Below are positions 10,689 through 21,112 of a stretch of 64,000 nt of DNA, piece after piece. Position numbers and translations under genes: made by a program. Origin of the DNA: Limnothrix sp. BL-A-16. Its GTDB lineage: Bacteria > Cyanobacteriota > Cyanobacteriia > CACIAM-69d. The stretch spans positions 384,001 through 448,000 of the forward strand of contig CP166615.1 of NCBI GenBank assembly GCA_041937175.2. The letters run 5' to 3'. Position 1 is the first letter of the stretch; every line of letters starts with the position of its first letter. The notes beneath the pieces were generated by a model. The model was not told the origin of the DNA, did no database searches, and worked only from the letters and a program-made list of their open reading frames with translations.

Positions 10689-10972
10689 GCTCACCAGTGC
10701 GGGATGGCCAGGAAGGGTCTAGGGATCCCCTAGGTCTGTTCCAGGTGTTTTCATCAACGGCAACCTGAACATGGCGATCCGGCGATCGAATCAATTTTCA
10801 GATTCCAAATCACTTGCCGGATCCAATGTATGGAAGGCAGCCAGTTTGGCCCTGCTGACCTGGGTTGTGGATGAAGCCAACTTCACCGCGATGGAGTAAG
10901 AAGCTTCCTGGTTGCGGCATTCGTTAGCGAATCGTAGCAATTGTTAGTGAAGTCGTGACGGAGGTTTTTAGC

Positions 10973-12940
10973 ATGGGATCGCGAGGGGCAAATGGAACGG
11001 TTCTTGATCGGAAGTCACTGGCTTCCGATCAATCCGTGCGGCCCGCCATCCATCCCACGGCTCAAGTTCATCCGTTCGCCAATGTGGTTGGTCAAGTAAC
11101 GATCGCCGCTGGGGCAAGGGTGGGGCCGGGCACATCGGTGCGAGCCGATCGGGGCGCAGCGTTCCACATCGGTACGGGGGCATCGGTGGAAGACGGAGCG
11201 CTGATCCATGGATTGGCCGACGGTTGTGTGTTGGGGGATGACGGCCAAGATTATGCGGTTTGGATTGGTGAATCGGCGACGGTATCACACCTGGCGCTGA
11301 TTCACGGCCCCGCCTACATTGGCAGCAATTGCTTCATTGGCTTTCGATCGACCGTGTTTAATGCGCGGGTCGGCGATGGCTGTATTGTGATGATGCATGT
11401 GCTGATTCAAGACGTGGAAATTCCGTCGGGGCGTTACGTGCCGTCGGGTTCGACGATTCTGACGCAGGAACAGGCCGATGCGTTGCCGGTGGCTCGGGAG
11501 CGCGATCGGGAGTTTGTGCGCCAGTTGGCCGGGTTGGATCATTGGCCTGAGGGGGCGATCGCCAACCCGACGGGCAATTGGCCCGCCAACGGTTCTGCTG
11601 TTCAAGATTATCGTTCTGAAGGTTCTGGGGGTTCCGTGGTTACGACGACGTTGAGCGCCGAGTTGGTGCAACAGGTTCGCCAATTGCTGGCTCAGGGATA
11701 CCAAGTCAGCGCTGAATATGCCGACGCACGCCGCTTCCGGGCCAATGCCTGGACAAGCTGCGCCCTGCCGCGATCGGCCTATGAAAGCGACGTGCTGACG
11801 GCCCTAGAAGGCTGCCTGCGTGATCACGCGGGTGAATATGTGCGGGTAATCGGGATTGATCCTGCGGTTAAGAAACGGGTTTATGAATCGGTTGTCCACC
11901 GCCCGGGCGACAAGGTGGGTCAAGGTACGGTCACCGGTGCCAAAGCCAGCCAACCGAGCAGCAACGGCAACGGCTCCAAAGCTCCGACCAGCAATGGTGC
12001 GGTTGGTGGTGACTTGGCCACCCAGGTGCGCCAACTGCTAGCCCAGGGCTACCAAATTGGTACGGAACATGCGGATCCGCGCCGGTTCCGGGCGAATGCT
12101 TGGACGAGCTGCAAGCCGATCGACTCCACCAGCGAGTCCCAAGTGTTGAGCCTGCTGCAAGGCTGCTTGGCTGACCACGCGGGGGACTATGTGCGCTTGA
12201 TTGGCATTGACAAGCGGGCGAAGAAGCGCGTTTTTGAATCCGTGATTCAACGGCCCGACGGTTCCGGAGCCAAAGCCGTGACCGGCGCTTCGGCAGCCGC
12301 TGCCAGCAACGGTGCAGCGGTGGCTACGGGTGGCATTTCGGCGGAAGTGGCAGCCCAAATTCGGCAACTGGTGGGCCGGGGTTGCAAGATCACGGCGGAA
12401 TTTGCCGATGTGCGTCGCTTCCGCGCTAATGCCTGGACGACTTGCGGTTCGGTGCAAGCCACGTCGGAACGGGAAGCGATCGCGTCCTTGAGTGCCTGCA
12501 TGGCCGATCATGCCACCGCCTATGTGCGTTTGGTGGCCGTGGAACCCGGCAGCAAGCGCCGCGCCGCTGAAATTATTGTTCAGCGTCCCGGCGTGCAAGC
12601 AGCTAACAATGCGGTGAGCTTCAGCGCCCCTGCGGCAGCCAGCACCAATGGTTCTGCCCCGGTGAGCGCTGGAAACGTGCCCGCTGCCGTTGCCCAGCAA
12701 ATCCAAAAGCTCCTGAGCCAAGGCTACCGAATTGGCGCTGAATATGCCGATGCGCGTCGGTTCCGGGCTAATGCTTGGACGAGCTGCGGCGGCCTGGAAG
12801 GCTCCTCGGCTAACCAAGTGCTGGCGGCCCTGACAGCTTGCTTGGCAAATAACCCCACGAGCTACGTGCGTGTGATTGGCATCGACCCGACGGCCAAGAA
12901 GCGCGTTTACGAAGAAGTGGTTCAGCGTCCTGGTCGCTAA
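10973..12940 (+). CDS. ccmM: Carboxysome scaffold CcmM (gamma-CA-like domain plus 4 RbcS-like SSUL repeats)
   Basis: Left-handed beta-helix N-terminus with SHLALIHGP; four RRFRANAWT repeats; GGAGG RBS upstream of the ATG at 10973. Confidence 0.95.
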   Translation: MGSRGANGTVLDRKSLASDQSVRPAIHPTAQVHPFANVVGQVTIAAGARVGPGTSVRADRGAAFHIGTGASVEDGALIHGLADGCVLGDDGQDYAVWIGESATVSHLALIHGPAYIGSNCFIGFRSTVFNARVGDGCIVMMHVLIQDVEIPSGRYVPSGSTILTQEQADALPVARERDREFVRQLAGLDHWPEGAIANPTGNWPANGSAVQDYRSEGSGGSVVTTTLSAELVQQVRQLLAQGYQVSAEYADARRFRANAWTSCALPRSAYESDVLTALEGCLRDHAGEYVRVIGIDPAVKKRVYESVVHRPGDKVGQGTVTGAKASQPSSNGNGSKAPTSNGAVGGDLATQVRQLLAQGYQIGTEHADPRRFRANAWTSCKPIDSTSESQVLSLLQGCLADHAGDYVRLIGIDKRAKKRVFESVIQRPDGSGAKAVTGASAAAASNGAAVATGGISAEVAAQIRQLVGRGCKITAEFADVRRFRANAWTTCGSVQATSEREAIASLSACMADHATAYVRLVAVEPGSKRRAAEIIVQRPGVQAANNAVSFSAPAAASTNGSAPVSAGNVPAAVAQQIQKLLSQGYRIGAEYADARRFRANAWTSCGGLEGSSANQVLAALTACLANNPTSYVRVIGIDPTAKKRVYEEVVQRPGR

Positions 12941-12976
12941 GACCTGGAGGCCCCCATCCCCCTATTCGGCTGCCGC

Positions 12977-14005
12977 ATGACAACCCTGCAACCGCTACAT
13001 CCGGTGGACGATCGCCAGTCCTGGATTTCCGGCGAAGTAACGCTTGATCCAACGGCGACGATCGCCCCCGGGGTGCTGTTGCAGGCGGATCCGGGCAGCC
13101 GAATTACGATCGGCCCCCACGTGACGATCGGCATGGGCGCAGTGGTTCACGCCTGCCAAGGGGGGCAAATTGTGCTGGAAGCCTCGGCCCATCTGGGGGC
13201 CGCTGTGTTGCTGATTGGCGCGGTACGGGTGGGCCGATCGGCCTGTATTGGCCCCAGCACAACTGTTTTGAACCAGTCGATCGCCCCTGGACAGCGAATT
13301 GCCCCGGGTCAATACCTCGGAGGTTCAGACCTCGGAGATTCAGGAACTCAAAATTCAAATACGGGAAATGCAGGGGCTGAAAGTGCAGGGGCTAAGAATT
13401 TAAGCACGGGAAATTTAAGCACGGGAAATTTGAGGGCTGAAGATTTACCGGCCGCCGCTCCGTTCAACCAAACCCCGATCGCCCCTAGCCCGCAACCAAT
13501 CGCTCCAGTGACCGACGACCCGCCCGATCCGTTGCCCTCTCCTTGGGACGAGGACGATGAAGAACGCCAGGATCGGAGTGGCCGTTTCTATCGCCAGGGA
13601 TTTTCCGGGAGTCCTTTTCCGCCTGCACCGCCCGCCACGCCACCTTTGCCGGAACCCGTGCCCTATCAAGCACCACCGGGCTTGGCTCCCGGTGTCAGCC
13701 CCATCCAGCCGCGCCCGATCGCCACACCAGCTATTCTTCCCGGCACTTCAGCAACCTCAACCACTTCAGATCCGCCGACCTCAACACCAACCGTGGCCGA
13801 GCCGCCGCCTACCCCAAGCGCGATCGTTACCCAAACCACTGAGCATCAAATCGTGGAGCAAAAGGTGGAAGTCTATGGACGCAGCCATGTGAATCGATTG
13901 CTGTCCATGATGTTTCCCTATCAGCAAACCCTGAACGGAACCCATGGGACTGGCCAACTGCCCCCTGCCAACTCGTCAGGCGCGGATGATCGGGATGAAC
14001 CCTAA
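12977..14005 (+). CDS. ccmN: Carboxysome protein CcmN
   Basis: Hexapeptide-repeat N-terminus, Pro-rich linker, C-terminal encapsulation peptide VYGRSHVNRLLSMMFP. Confidence 0.92.
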   Translation: MTTLQPLHPVDDRQSWISGEVTLDPTATIAPGVLLQADPGSRITIGPHVTIGMGAVVHACQGGQIVLEASAHLGAAVLLIGAVRVGRSACIGPSTTVLNQSIAPGQRIAPGQYLGGSDLGDSGTQNSNTGNAGAESAGAKNLSTGNLSTGNLRAEDLPAAAPFNQTPIAPSPQPIAPVTDDPPDPLPSPWDEDDEERQDRSGRFYRQGFSGSPFPPAPPATPPLPEPVPYQAPPGLAPGVSPIQPRPIATPAILPGTSATSTTSDPPTSTPTVAEPPPTPSAIVTQTTEHQIVEQKVEVYGRSHVNRLLSMMFPYQQTLNGTHGTGQLPPANSSGADDRDEP

Positions 14006-14125
14006 GCCCGCGTTTCCGATCTCGCCAATCTTTGTGGCAGGCCGAACCTGTGGCAGGCCTAAGATAGAGGCAGCAATGTTCTGAATTGCCCCGATCGTTC
14101 CCCTTGCGTCCCTCCCTTCTCTCCG

Positions 14126-14902
14126 ATGACCGCTGCCACTCCCGCAAATCAATCTGCCCTCGGCATGGTCTCAACCCGCAGTTTTCCGGCAATTGTCGGC
14201 ACTGCGGACATGATGCTGAAATCCTCGGGGGTGACCCTGGTGGGCTTCGAGAAAACCGGTAGTGGCCATTGCACCGCGATCGTGCGGGGTAACGTTGCCG
14301 ATGTGCGAATTGCCGTGGAAGCTGGCGCAGAAACCGCCGAGCAATTTGGGCAACTGGTAGGCAAAACCGTGATTCCGCGACCGCTGCCTAACTTGGATGC
14401 GGTGTTGCCGATTCGACCACCCAGTTGGGAAGCCCTGGCAGAAATGCCCCGCAGCCCGTTTGCTAATCAAGCGGTGGGCCTATTAGAAACCGTCGGATTC
14501 CCGGCCATGGTGGGAGCCGCCGATGCCATGCTCAAGGGAGCCGATGTGCGGCTGGCCGCCTATGAGACGATCGGGGATGGCCTTTGCACCGCCATCATTC
14601 GCGGCTCCGTGGCGGATGTGGGCATGGCAATTCAAATTGGCATGGCTGAAGCAGAACGGATTGGCCAACTCCATGCGGTGATGGTGATTCCCCGAGCCTT
14701 AGAAGACTTGGAACGGGCCTTGCCCTTGGCGGAACATTGGCAAGCGACAGTGGAAACTCGCCGGGCGATCCCGATCGAGCTGCATCAAGTGGAGCGGCGG
14801 GTGATGCAACCGGTGGCCCTGCCGGAGCTGCAACGCTTAGAACCGGTGGAACTACCGATGCGTGAGCCTCAGCAGTTGGAACGATTTGAGGAGCGCCTTT
14901 AG
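14126..14902 (+). CDS. ccmO: Tandem BMC shell protein CcmO
   Basis: Two BMC domains (ALGMVSTRSFPAIVGTADMMLK; AVGLLETVGFPAMVGAADAMLK). Confidence 0.93.
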   Translation: MTAATPANQSALGMVSTRSFPAIVGTADMMLKSSGVTLVGFEKTGSGHCTAIVRGNVADVRIAVEAGAETAEQFGQLVGKTVIPRPLPNLDAVLPIRPPSWEALAEMPRSPFANQAVGLLETVGFPAMVGAADAMLKGADVRLAAYETIGDGLCTAIIRGSVADVGMAIQIGMAEAERIGQLHAVMVIPRALEDLERALPLAEHWQATVETRRAIPIELHQVERRVMQPVALPELQRLEPVELPMREPQQLERFEERL

Positions 14903-14985
14903 GACGCGCTTGGTTTTCGTGACGGTTGCCTGAATCTAGCCAATCTGTATCCAGCCAAAACCTGCAAATTAAATAGCCAGTTAAT

Positions 14986-15017
14986 AGCCCCTGAGCATGG
15001 TGATTGCGCCAGGGGCT
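14986..15017. terminator. Hairpin between convergent ccmO and ctpA
   Basis: Stem AGCCCCTG...CAGGGGCT. Confidence 0.45.
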
Positions 15018-15021
15018 GATT

Positions 15022-16287
15022 TTATCGGCGGGCCGTGACCGTGCCTGTCAAACTGGCCAATAGGGTTTCCACCGCCGCATCATATTGGGGATCAACCCGA
15101 TCGGGAGCAGATCGATCGCCAATCGGCAGCGGAGGCGGGCCATCAATGGAACGGTTCGGCTCAATGCCGGCTTGGTTGATATCCCGGTGGGATGGGGTTT
15201 CGTATTTAGCGATCGTCACCGCCAATCCGGAGCCATCGGCCAAATCAAACAGGGATTGAATTAACCCCTTGCCAAAGGTGCGCTCGCCCACCAACTGGGC
15301 CCGGCCGCTATCTTGCAGCGCGCCGGCCAAAATCTCGCTGGCGCTGGCGGTTCCCCGATTCACCAACACCACTAACGGTGCATCCGTAAGCGCATTGCCG
15401 TTGGCCTCGAAGGAGTCGAACACCCCTTGGCGATTCACCGTATAAACGATCGGCCCGCTATCAATCCATTGTCGGGCGATCGCAATGCCCGCCTGCAGCA
15501 GTCCACCGGGATTATTCCGCAAATCCAGCACAAACCCGTCAGCCCCTTGCCGCGACAGTTGCTTGATGGCGGTGGCCATTTCCGCCGCTGCGTTGCCATT
15601 GAACTGGCTCAGGCGCAGGTAACCGATCTTGCGATCCCGATCGCGCCGCAACTCCGCCACTACCGGATTAATCGCAATGCGATCGCGCACCAAATCGTAA
15701 TCCTTGGGTTCCGGTTCCCCCGATCGCTGAATTTGCAACCGCACCTGACTGCCCGAGGGGCCGCGCATCCGCTCCGCCGCCTCATCCAAACTCATGGCCT
15801 TGGTGGGGATTCCGTTAATGCTCAGAATTTGATCCTGGGGCAAAATTCCCGCTCGATCGGCCGGTGAACCCGCCAAGGGAGCCACCACCGTCAACGCGCC
15901 CGTTTCGGGATCGAGCGCAATTTGTAATCCCACCCCGGTCAGTTCCCCGGAGGTGTTGGTTTGCAAACTGCGATATTGCTCCGGCGACAGGAATCGGGTG
16001 AAGGGATCCCCCAACACGGCCAGCATTTCCTGAATCGCCCCATAGGTTTCCGTTCGATCGCGCAAGGGCTTCTTCAGCGCCTTTTCACGAATCCACCACC
16101 AGTTTTGATGATTAAACGTGTCGTCTATATAAGCGCGGTTAACAATTCGCCATGCTTCACTCAGCAGCTTTTGCTCCTGAGTCATGGCCCAAGCCCGATC
16201 GGTGGGCCCGCCCAGCCACAACAGCAGCACCCACAACCCTAGGAGGAGTCCAACCCTAAATGGTTTTTGAATCAGATTCTTAAGCAT
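15022..16287 (-). CDS. ctpA: Carboxyl-terminal processing protease CtpA (S41, PDZ domain)
   Basis: Motifs LDLRNNPGG, GTASASEILAGAL, TFGKG; divergent from petB; likely ATG at 16287. Confidence 0.9.
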   Translation of the reverse strand: MLKNLIQKPFRVGLLLGLWVLLLWLGGPTDRAWAMTQEQKLLSEAWRIVNRAYIDDTFNHQNWWWIREKALKKPLRDRTETYGAIQEMLAVLGDPFTRFLSPEQYRSLQTNTSGELTGVGLQIALDPETGALTVVAPLAGSPADRAGILPQDQILSINGIPTKAMSLDEAAERMRGPSGSQVRLQIQRSGEPEPKDYDLVRDRIAINPVVAELRRDRDRKIGYLRLSQFNGNAAAEMATAIKQLSRQGADGFVLDLRNNPGGLLQAGIAIARQWIDSGPIVYTVNRQGVFDSFEANGNALTDAPLVVLVNRGTASASEILAGALQDSGRAQLVGERTFGKGLIQSLFDLADGSGLAVTIAKYETPSHRDINQAGIEPNRSIDGPPPLPIGDRSAPDRVDPQYDAAVETLLASLTGTVTARR

Positions 16288-16610
16288 GAAACCGATCCTA
16301 ACTGCTGAAAGGGGCTTCCTCAAACCCTACCCAAAATTGTTTAACCTGCGAGGTCGAGTTACGACCCAGCCCGGCTCGATCGCCCCCTTAGCTCTCCCGT
16401 TCCTGAGAACGGCTCAGGGGGCCTCAGGCATGGTAACCCCATGACCAGGTACTCCCGAAGGCGAAGTAAATCCCCTTCTCCGCGCGATCGCACCACCGAT
16501 CGGTTCTCCGTATCAGGTTGGGAGGATTTCCAGTGTGTTAAATTTTTTAAAAAGCGCCATGCATTTTTAAGTTTCAGCCTCATCCGTTTCCAGCAAGGGA
16601 CTCCGCAGCT

Positions 16611-17258
16611 ATGTCGAAACTGTACGAATGGTTCGACGAGCGTTTGGAAATCCAAGCACTCGCCGACGACGTGACGGACAAGTACGTTCCGCCCCACGTC
16701 AACATCTTCTACTGCCTGGGCGGTGTCACGCTGGTCTGCTTCCTGATCCAGTTTGCCACCGGCTTCGCCATGACCTTCTACTACAAGCCCACCGTGGCAG
16801 AAGCGTTCTCGTCGGTGCAATACATCATGACCGACGTGAGCTTTGGCTGGCTGATCCGCTCCATCCACCGCTGGTCTGCCAGCATGATGGTGCTGATGAT
16901 GATCCTGCACGTCTTCCGCGTGTACCTGACCGGTGGTTTCAAAAAGCCCCGCGAACTGACCTGGGTAACGGGTGTGGTGTTGGCCGTGTTGACCGTTTCC
17001 TTCGGTGTGACCGGCTACTCGCTGCCCTGGGACCAAGTGGGCTACTGGGCTGTGAAGATCGTGTCCGGTGTGCCTGAGGCGATCCCGGTCGTCGGTTCGA
17101 CCATTGTTGAACTGCTGCGCGGTGGCGAAAGCGTTGGCCAAGGCACCCTCACTCGCTACTACAGCCTGCACACCTTCGTCCTGCCCTGGATGATCGCCGT
17201 GTTCATGCTGATGCACTTCCTGATGATCCGCAAGCAAGGGATCTCGGGCCCCCTCTAA
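16611..17258 (+). CDS. petB: Cytochrome b6
   Basis: [15 protein letters not shown]...[12 protein letters not shown]...RKQGISGPL. Confidence 0.99.
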   Translation: MSKLYEWFDERLEIQALADDVTDKYVPPHVNIFYCLGGVTLVCFLIQFATGFAMTFYYKPTVAEAFSSVQYIMTDVSFGWLIRSIHRWSASMMVLMMILHVFRVYLTGGFKKPRELTWVTGVVLAVLTVSFGVTGYSLPWDQVGYWAVKIVSGVPEAIPVVGSTIVELLRGGESVGQGTLTRYYSLHTFVLPWMIAVFMLMHFLMIRKQGISGPL

Positions 17259-17461
17259 AGATGCGCTACCGGGTGTGGCTGGCTTGGTGCTTATTAGCCG
17301 GTTGTTGAATTGTGTATCGCCGTCTTGAACTCCCTCGGGAGCTTTTCTTAGGATTGGTCCTCAGGATCGTTCAGGATCGAAATAAAGAACACAGGGAGCA
17401 ACCGGCTCCACCCTTGTCCCACCTGCCGTTTTAAATTCCCTTCACGGAGAAGCGTTTAGCG

Positions 17462-17944
17462 ATGTCCATCCTCAAAAAGCCGGATCTGAGCGATCCGAAC
17501 TTGCGCCTGAAGCTGGCCAAGGGCATGGGTCACAACTACTACGGTGAACCCGCTTGGCCGAACGATTTGCTCTATGTGTTCCCGGTGGTGATCCTGGGAA
17601 CCTTCGCCCTGATGGTGGGTCTGGCTGTGCTGGATCCGGCGATCGTGGGTGAACCGGCGGATCCGTTTGCCACGCCGCTGGAAATTCTGCCGGAGTGGTA
17701 CCTGTATCCGGTGTTCCAAATCCTGCGGATTCTGCCGAACAAGCTGTTGGGTATCGCCTGCATGGGCGGCATTCCTCTGGGCTTGATGCTGGTTCCGTTC
17801 ATTGAGAACGTGAATAAGTTCCAAAACCCCTTCCGTCGTCCGGTGGCCATGGCTTCGTTCCTGTTTGGAACTGCCTTTGCGATCTGGTTGGGTATCGGCG
17901 CAATCATGCCGATCGATAAGTCCCTGACCTTGGGCCTGTTCTAA
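17462..17944 (+). CDS. petD: Cytochrome b6f subunit IV
   Basis: [28 protein letters not shown]. Confidence 0.99.
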   Translation: MSILKKPDLSDPNLRLKLAKGMGHNYYGEPAWPNDLLYVFPVVILGTFALMVGLAVLDPAIVGEPADPFATPLEILPEWYLYPVFQILRILPNKLLGIACMGGIPLGLMLVPFIENVNKFQNPFRRPVAMASFLFGTAFAIWLGIGAIMPIDKSLTLGLF

Positions 17945-18015
17945 GGCAGCGGGTTTGCTGGACAACTGCTGAAACTGATTGCGGCGACTAGTTGCTATCA
18001 GTTGCCATTGATATC

Positions 18016-18053
18016 AAACGGGGCGATCGATTCAGTTCGATCGCCCCGTTTTG
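18016..18053 (+). terminator. Intrinsic terminator of petBD
   Basis: 15-bp perfect stem AAACGGGGCGATCGA-TTCAGT-TCGATCGCCCCGTTT with a T-rich tail. Confidence 0.75.
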
Positions 18054-18266
18054 ATTTGGCTTTCGATTCCTTTGGGCTTTCTGTTTATTTTCATCTTTAT
18101 TACTGCTGGCTCAAGCTAAAACGCCGAATTGCCTATTTTGGTTTTTGTATTCCGTTTTTGTATTCCAAAGATCTTGTCTTGCGCTTAGCAAACTGATAGG
18201 CGGCTTTCGTTTTGCGGAACTAATTGAGAATTTCCTGATTTTTAGACCGTTTTTGAGCAAATTCGA

Positions 18267-18295
18267 TTGACTTTCCCTGGGGGCATGAGTATCAT
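18267..18295 (+). promoter_or_regulatory. Sigma70-type promoter of sbpA
   Basis: TTGACT-N17-TATCAT, about 78 bp upstream of the ATG. Confidence 0.65.
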
Positions 18296-18372
18296 CTTGC
18301 TCAATAAATCCTAAAAGCCGATCGGAATACCGGGGTTTATAAAAACAGCCTGCCCCCTTTCAGCCAAGCACC

Positions 18373-19527
18373 ATGCGATTGTCTCTCCTCCAATCCCTGC
18401 AAGCTCTCCGCTCACAGCTCAATCCCCTGAACTCAAAGGCCCACCGCCTTGGTCGCCGCACAGCCCTGCGATCGATCGCCCTAGCCGTGGCCAGCGGACT
18501 CAGCGTTTTGGCGCTGTCGCCCACCAGCACCAATGCAGCAAGCGCACGCCTAGGCAATCCGTCTCCCCAAAATCAGCCGTTACAAATCAGCCAGAACAAG
18601 CCTGTAGAAATTACCCTGGTGACCTATGCCGTTACCAGAGCTGCCTACGACAAAATCATTCCGTTGTTTGTGGAGAAATGGAAACGCGAACAGGGACAGG
18701 ATGTTGTTATTAATGCCAGCTATGGTGGTTCTGGATCCCAGACGCGCGCCGTTTTGGACGGTCTAGAAGCGGACGTGGTGGCGTTGGCCTTGGCCGCAGA
18801 TACCAAGCGCATTGAAAAGGGCGGTTTGATTAACCCCGGCTGGGAAAGCGAAGCGCCTAATAATGGGATTGTGACGCGATCGGTGATTGCGTTCGTCACC
18901 CGTCAGGGCAATCCCAAAGGCGTGCGAAATTGGCCAGACTTGCTGAAGCCTGAGGTCAGCATCATTACCGCCAATCCCAAAACTTCCGGGGTGGCTCGTT
19001 GGAACTTCTTGGGCCTTTGGGGATCGATTTCCCATACCGGCGGCAGCGAAGAACAGGCCTTGGACTACGTGCGGCAAATTTATCGCAAGGTGCCAGTGCT
19101 GCCCAAGGATGCCCGTGAGTCATCGGATGTATTTTTCCGAGCCAACCAAGGCGATGTGTTGCTGAACTATGAAAACGAAGTGATTTTGGCCGGGCTACAA
19201 GGCCAACAATCCCTGTTTTATGTGGTTCCGCAAACCAACATTTCGATCGAGGGGCCCGTTGCTGTAGTTGACAAAAATGTTGACCGGCATGGAACTCGGG
19301 CAGTGTCGGAAGCCTTCGTGAAATTCCTATTCACGCCAGAAGCCCAGCGCGAGTTTGCCAAAGTCGGCTTCCGCCCTGTTGATCCCACTGTTGCCCGCGA
19401 GTTTGAAAACAAATTTCCCAAGGTGAACAAACTCTACACGGTTAATGACTTTGGTGGATGGGATGCTGTCAACAAAAAGTTCTTTGATGAGGGTGCAATC
19501 TTCGACCAAATCTATACCAACCGCTAA
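18373..19527 (+). CDS. sbpA: Periplasmic sulfate-binding protein
   Basis: Motifs SYGGSGSQTRAV.DGLEADVV, ANPKTSGVARWNFL, LLNYENE, FGGW. Confidence 0.93.
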   Translation: MRLSLLQSLQALRSQLNPLNSKAHRLGRRTALRSIALAVASGLSVLALSPTSTNAASARLGNPSPQNQPLQISQNKPVEITLVTYAVTRAAYDKIIPLFVEKWKREQGQDVVINASYGGSGSQTRAVLDGLEADVVALALAADTKRIEKGGLINPGWESEAPNNGIVTRSVIAFVTRQGNPKGVRNWPDLLKPEVSIITANPKTSGVARWNFLGLWGSISHTGGSEEQALDYVRQIYRKVPVLPKDARESSDVFFRANQGDVLLNYENEVILAGLQGQQSLFYVVPQTNISIEGPVAVVDKNVDRHGTRAVSEAFVKFLFTPEAQREFAKVGFRPVDPTVAREFENKFPKVNKLYTVNDFGGWDAVNKKFFDEGAIFDQIYTNR

Positions 19528-19798
19528 TGAAAGATGCTTTTGATCAATATCAGAAGTAATCAATTTTCTGGAGTGGCTTGACTGGTTTGTTGAAGAATGT
19601 CGAGGTTAATTCAAAGGCAGTTTTTGCAAGTTTACAGAAATGAGTGAATTTGCAAAGACAGCCTTTCCTTATGAGCAAAGATACTGATCCCGAATGACTT
19701 GATTTTTCTAGTGATGTTTGTGTAGTTTTGTTTGCATTTATTGCTTGTCTCTCGTGATCTATAAGTTACTTTGACGCTTCCTTCCTCGCTCCCTAATC

Positions 19799-20983
19799 GT
19801 GGCTTTACCTAAACTGTTTCCTTCATTACCGAATCTGGATTCTCTGGCTTTTGAACGAAAGACCGGAGCGTTTCAGCCCTCGATCGAGGTCGATTTGGCG
19901 GCGACTCCTGACGATGACGATTCGCCCGAGGCGATCGCCTGGTTGCATGTTTTAGAAAGTCCGGTTCCACAATCGAAGAAATTGTTTTGGGGCACGATGG
20001 CTTTGGCCTTGGGTCTGCATCTGGTGCTCGGTTTCATCTCAACGGGAGACGAGGCAAAAGCACCGCCGACTAATCCTCAAGAAAAAAAGGTGCGCATCGT
20101 GCAATTGCCCATGCCGGGACAGCCGATCGCGAAGGCAGCACCGCTGACACCAGCACGGCCCACACCACCCGCGCGATCGCCCATCCAACGACCGGCTATT
20201 AGTCGCCCCGCCGCGCGGCCAGCCCAGCGCCCGATCGTGCAGCGCCCTCGCCAAACCCCGCCACCCGCGACGACCCCGCCTGCCACCACGCCACCGGCCA
20301 CCAGCGCACCCACGACCACCACGCCACCCGCGACGGGAGCCAATCCCTGGCAGGATTTTCCGCAATACCCAGGGGCAAAACCAGGGTGCTTTAATTTGCA
20401 GTCTTGCCTCAGCACGGGCAAATCTTTAGCAGAAGTGTCGCAGTTTTTCCAGAAGGAATTGGCGGCTCGCAAGTATGCTGTGCAACCAGCTAATGGCAGT
20501 GCTAACGGTGGGATTGTTTTGCAGGTTTCCCGTGATGGGCTAACGCAATTTCTGAGCATTTTGAATGCGGAAGAATTGGGGGCAATTTATGTTTTGTCAG
20601 AGCAGCCCGTTGGCTTGGGAGACTTGACCAAGGCGATCGAAGTTCCGAATGAAATCTACAGTGTGCTGAGTGGCTTGGCGGCAGAGGATGCGAGTGCTGC
20701 TCAGTTTGCTCAGCCCAATGATTTCTTCCCGGCTGGCACAGTTCGATCGGAAATTGCGGCCATGAAGTTTGTGGCCGGTGAAGATCCCGCGACGTTCTTT
20801 GATGCCTATTTCCGTACCAACCTGGTTAACAACGGCTTTGATCCCCAAGAAACCAATCAGCAATATGGCGGTGGTTTTGTTTATCGCGTGAAAAAGGCAA
20901 GTTTGGTGCTTTACCTCAACCTAGTGCCAACGGCCGATAACAGTGGCACGATTGTAGTTGTTTGGCGGGTTGCACCCCAATAA
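19799..20983 (+). CDS. TonB/TolA-like membrane-anchored Pro-rich protein with an atypical duplicated C-terminal domain
   Basis: Single TM containing His (ALGLHLVLG), long Pro/Thr linker, directly upstream of exbB-exbD. Confidence 0.5.
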   Translation: MALPKLFPSLPNLDSLAFERKTGAFQPSIEVDLAATPDDDDSPEAIAWLHVLESPVPQSKKLFWGTMALALGLHLVLGFISTGDEAKAPPTNPQEKKVRIVQLPMPGQPIAKAAPLTPARPTPPARSPIQRPAISRPAARPAQRPIVQRPRQTPPPATTPPATTPPATSAPTTTTPPATGANPWQDFPQYPGAKPGCFNLQSCLSTGKSLAEVSQFFQKELAARKYAVQPANGSANGGIVLQVSRDGLTQFLSILNAEELGAIYVLSEQPVGLGDLTKAIEVPNEIYSVLSGLAAEDASAAQFAQPNDFFPAGTVRSEIAAMKFVAGEDPATFFDAYFRTNLVNNGFDPQETNQQYGGGFVYRVKKASLVLYLNLVPTADNSGTIVVVWRVAPQ

Positions 20984-21112
20984 AGTATCAACCCAGGATG
21001 ACTCTAGGCGATCGCTTGCTCAATTTCTAATGATCAATTCTCAAAGGATATGAATTAATTGATTGCCCTATCGTAGCCATTGTTCAGGAACCCCAATAGG
21101 AGCTAAGAATCG

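Noticed and set aside
16359..17237. 292-aa antisense ORF over petB (likewise 12038-12817, 28278-29285, 41402-42151)
   Set aside because: Shadow ORFs produced by codon bias in well-supported genes on the opposite strand.
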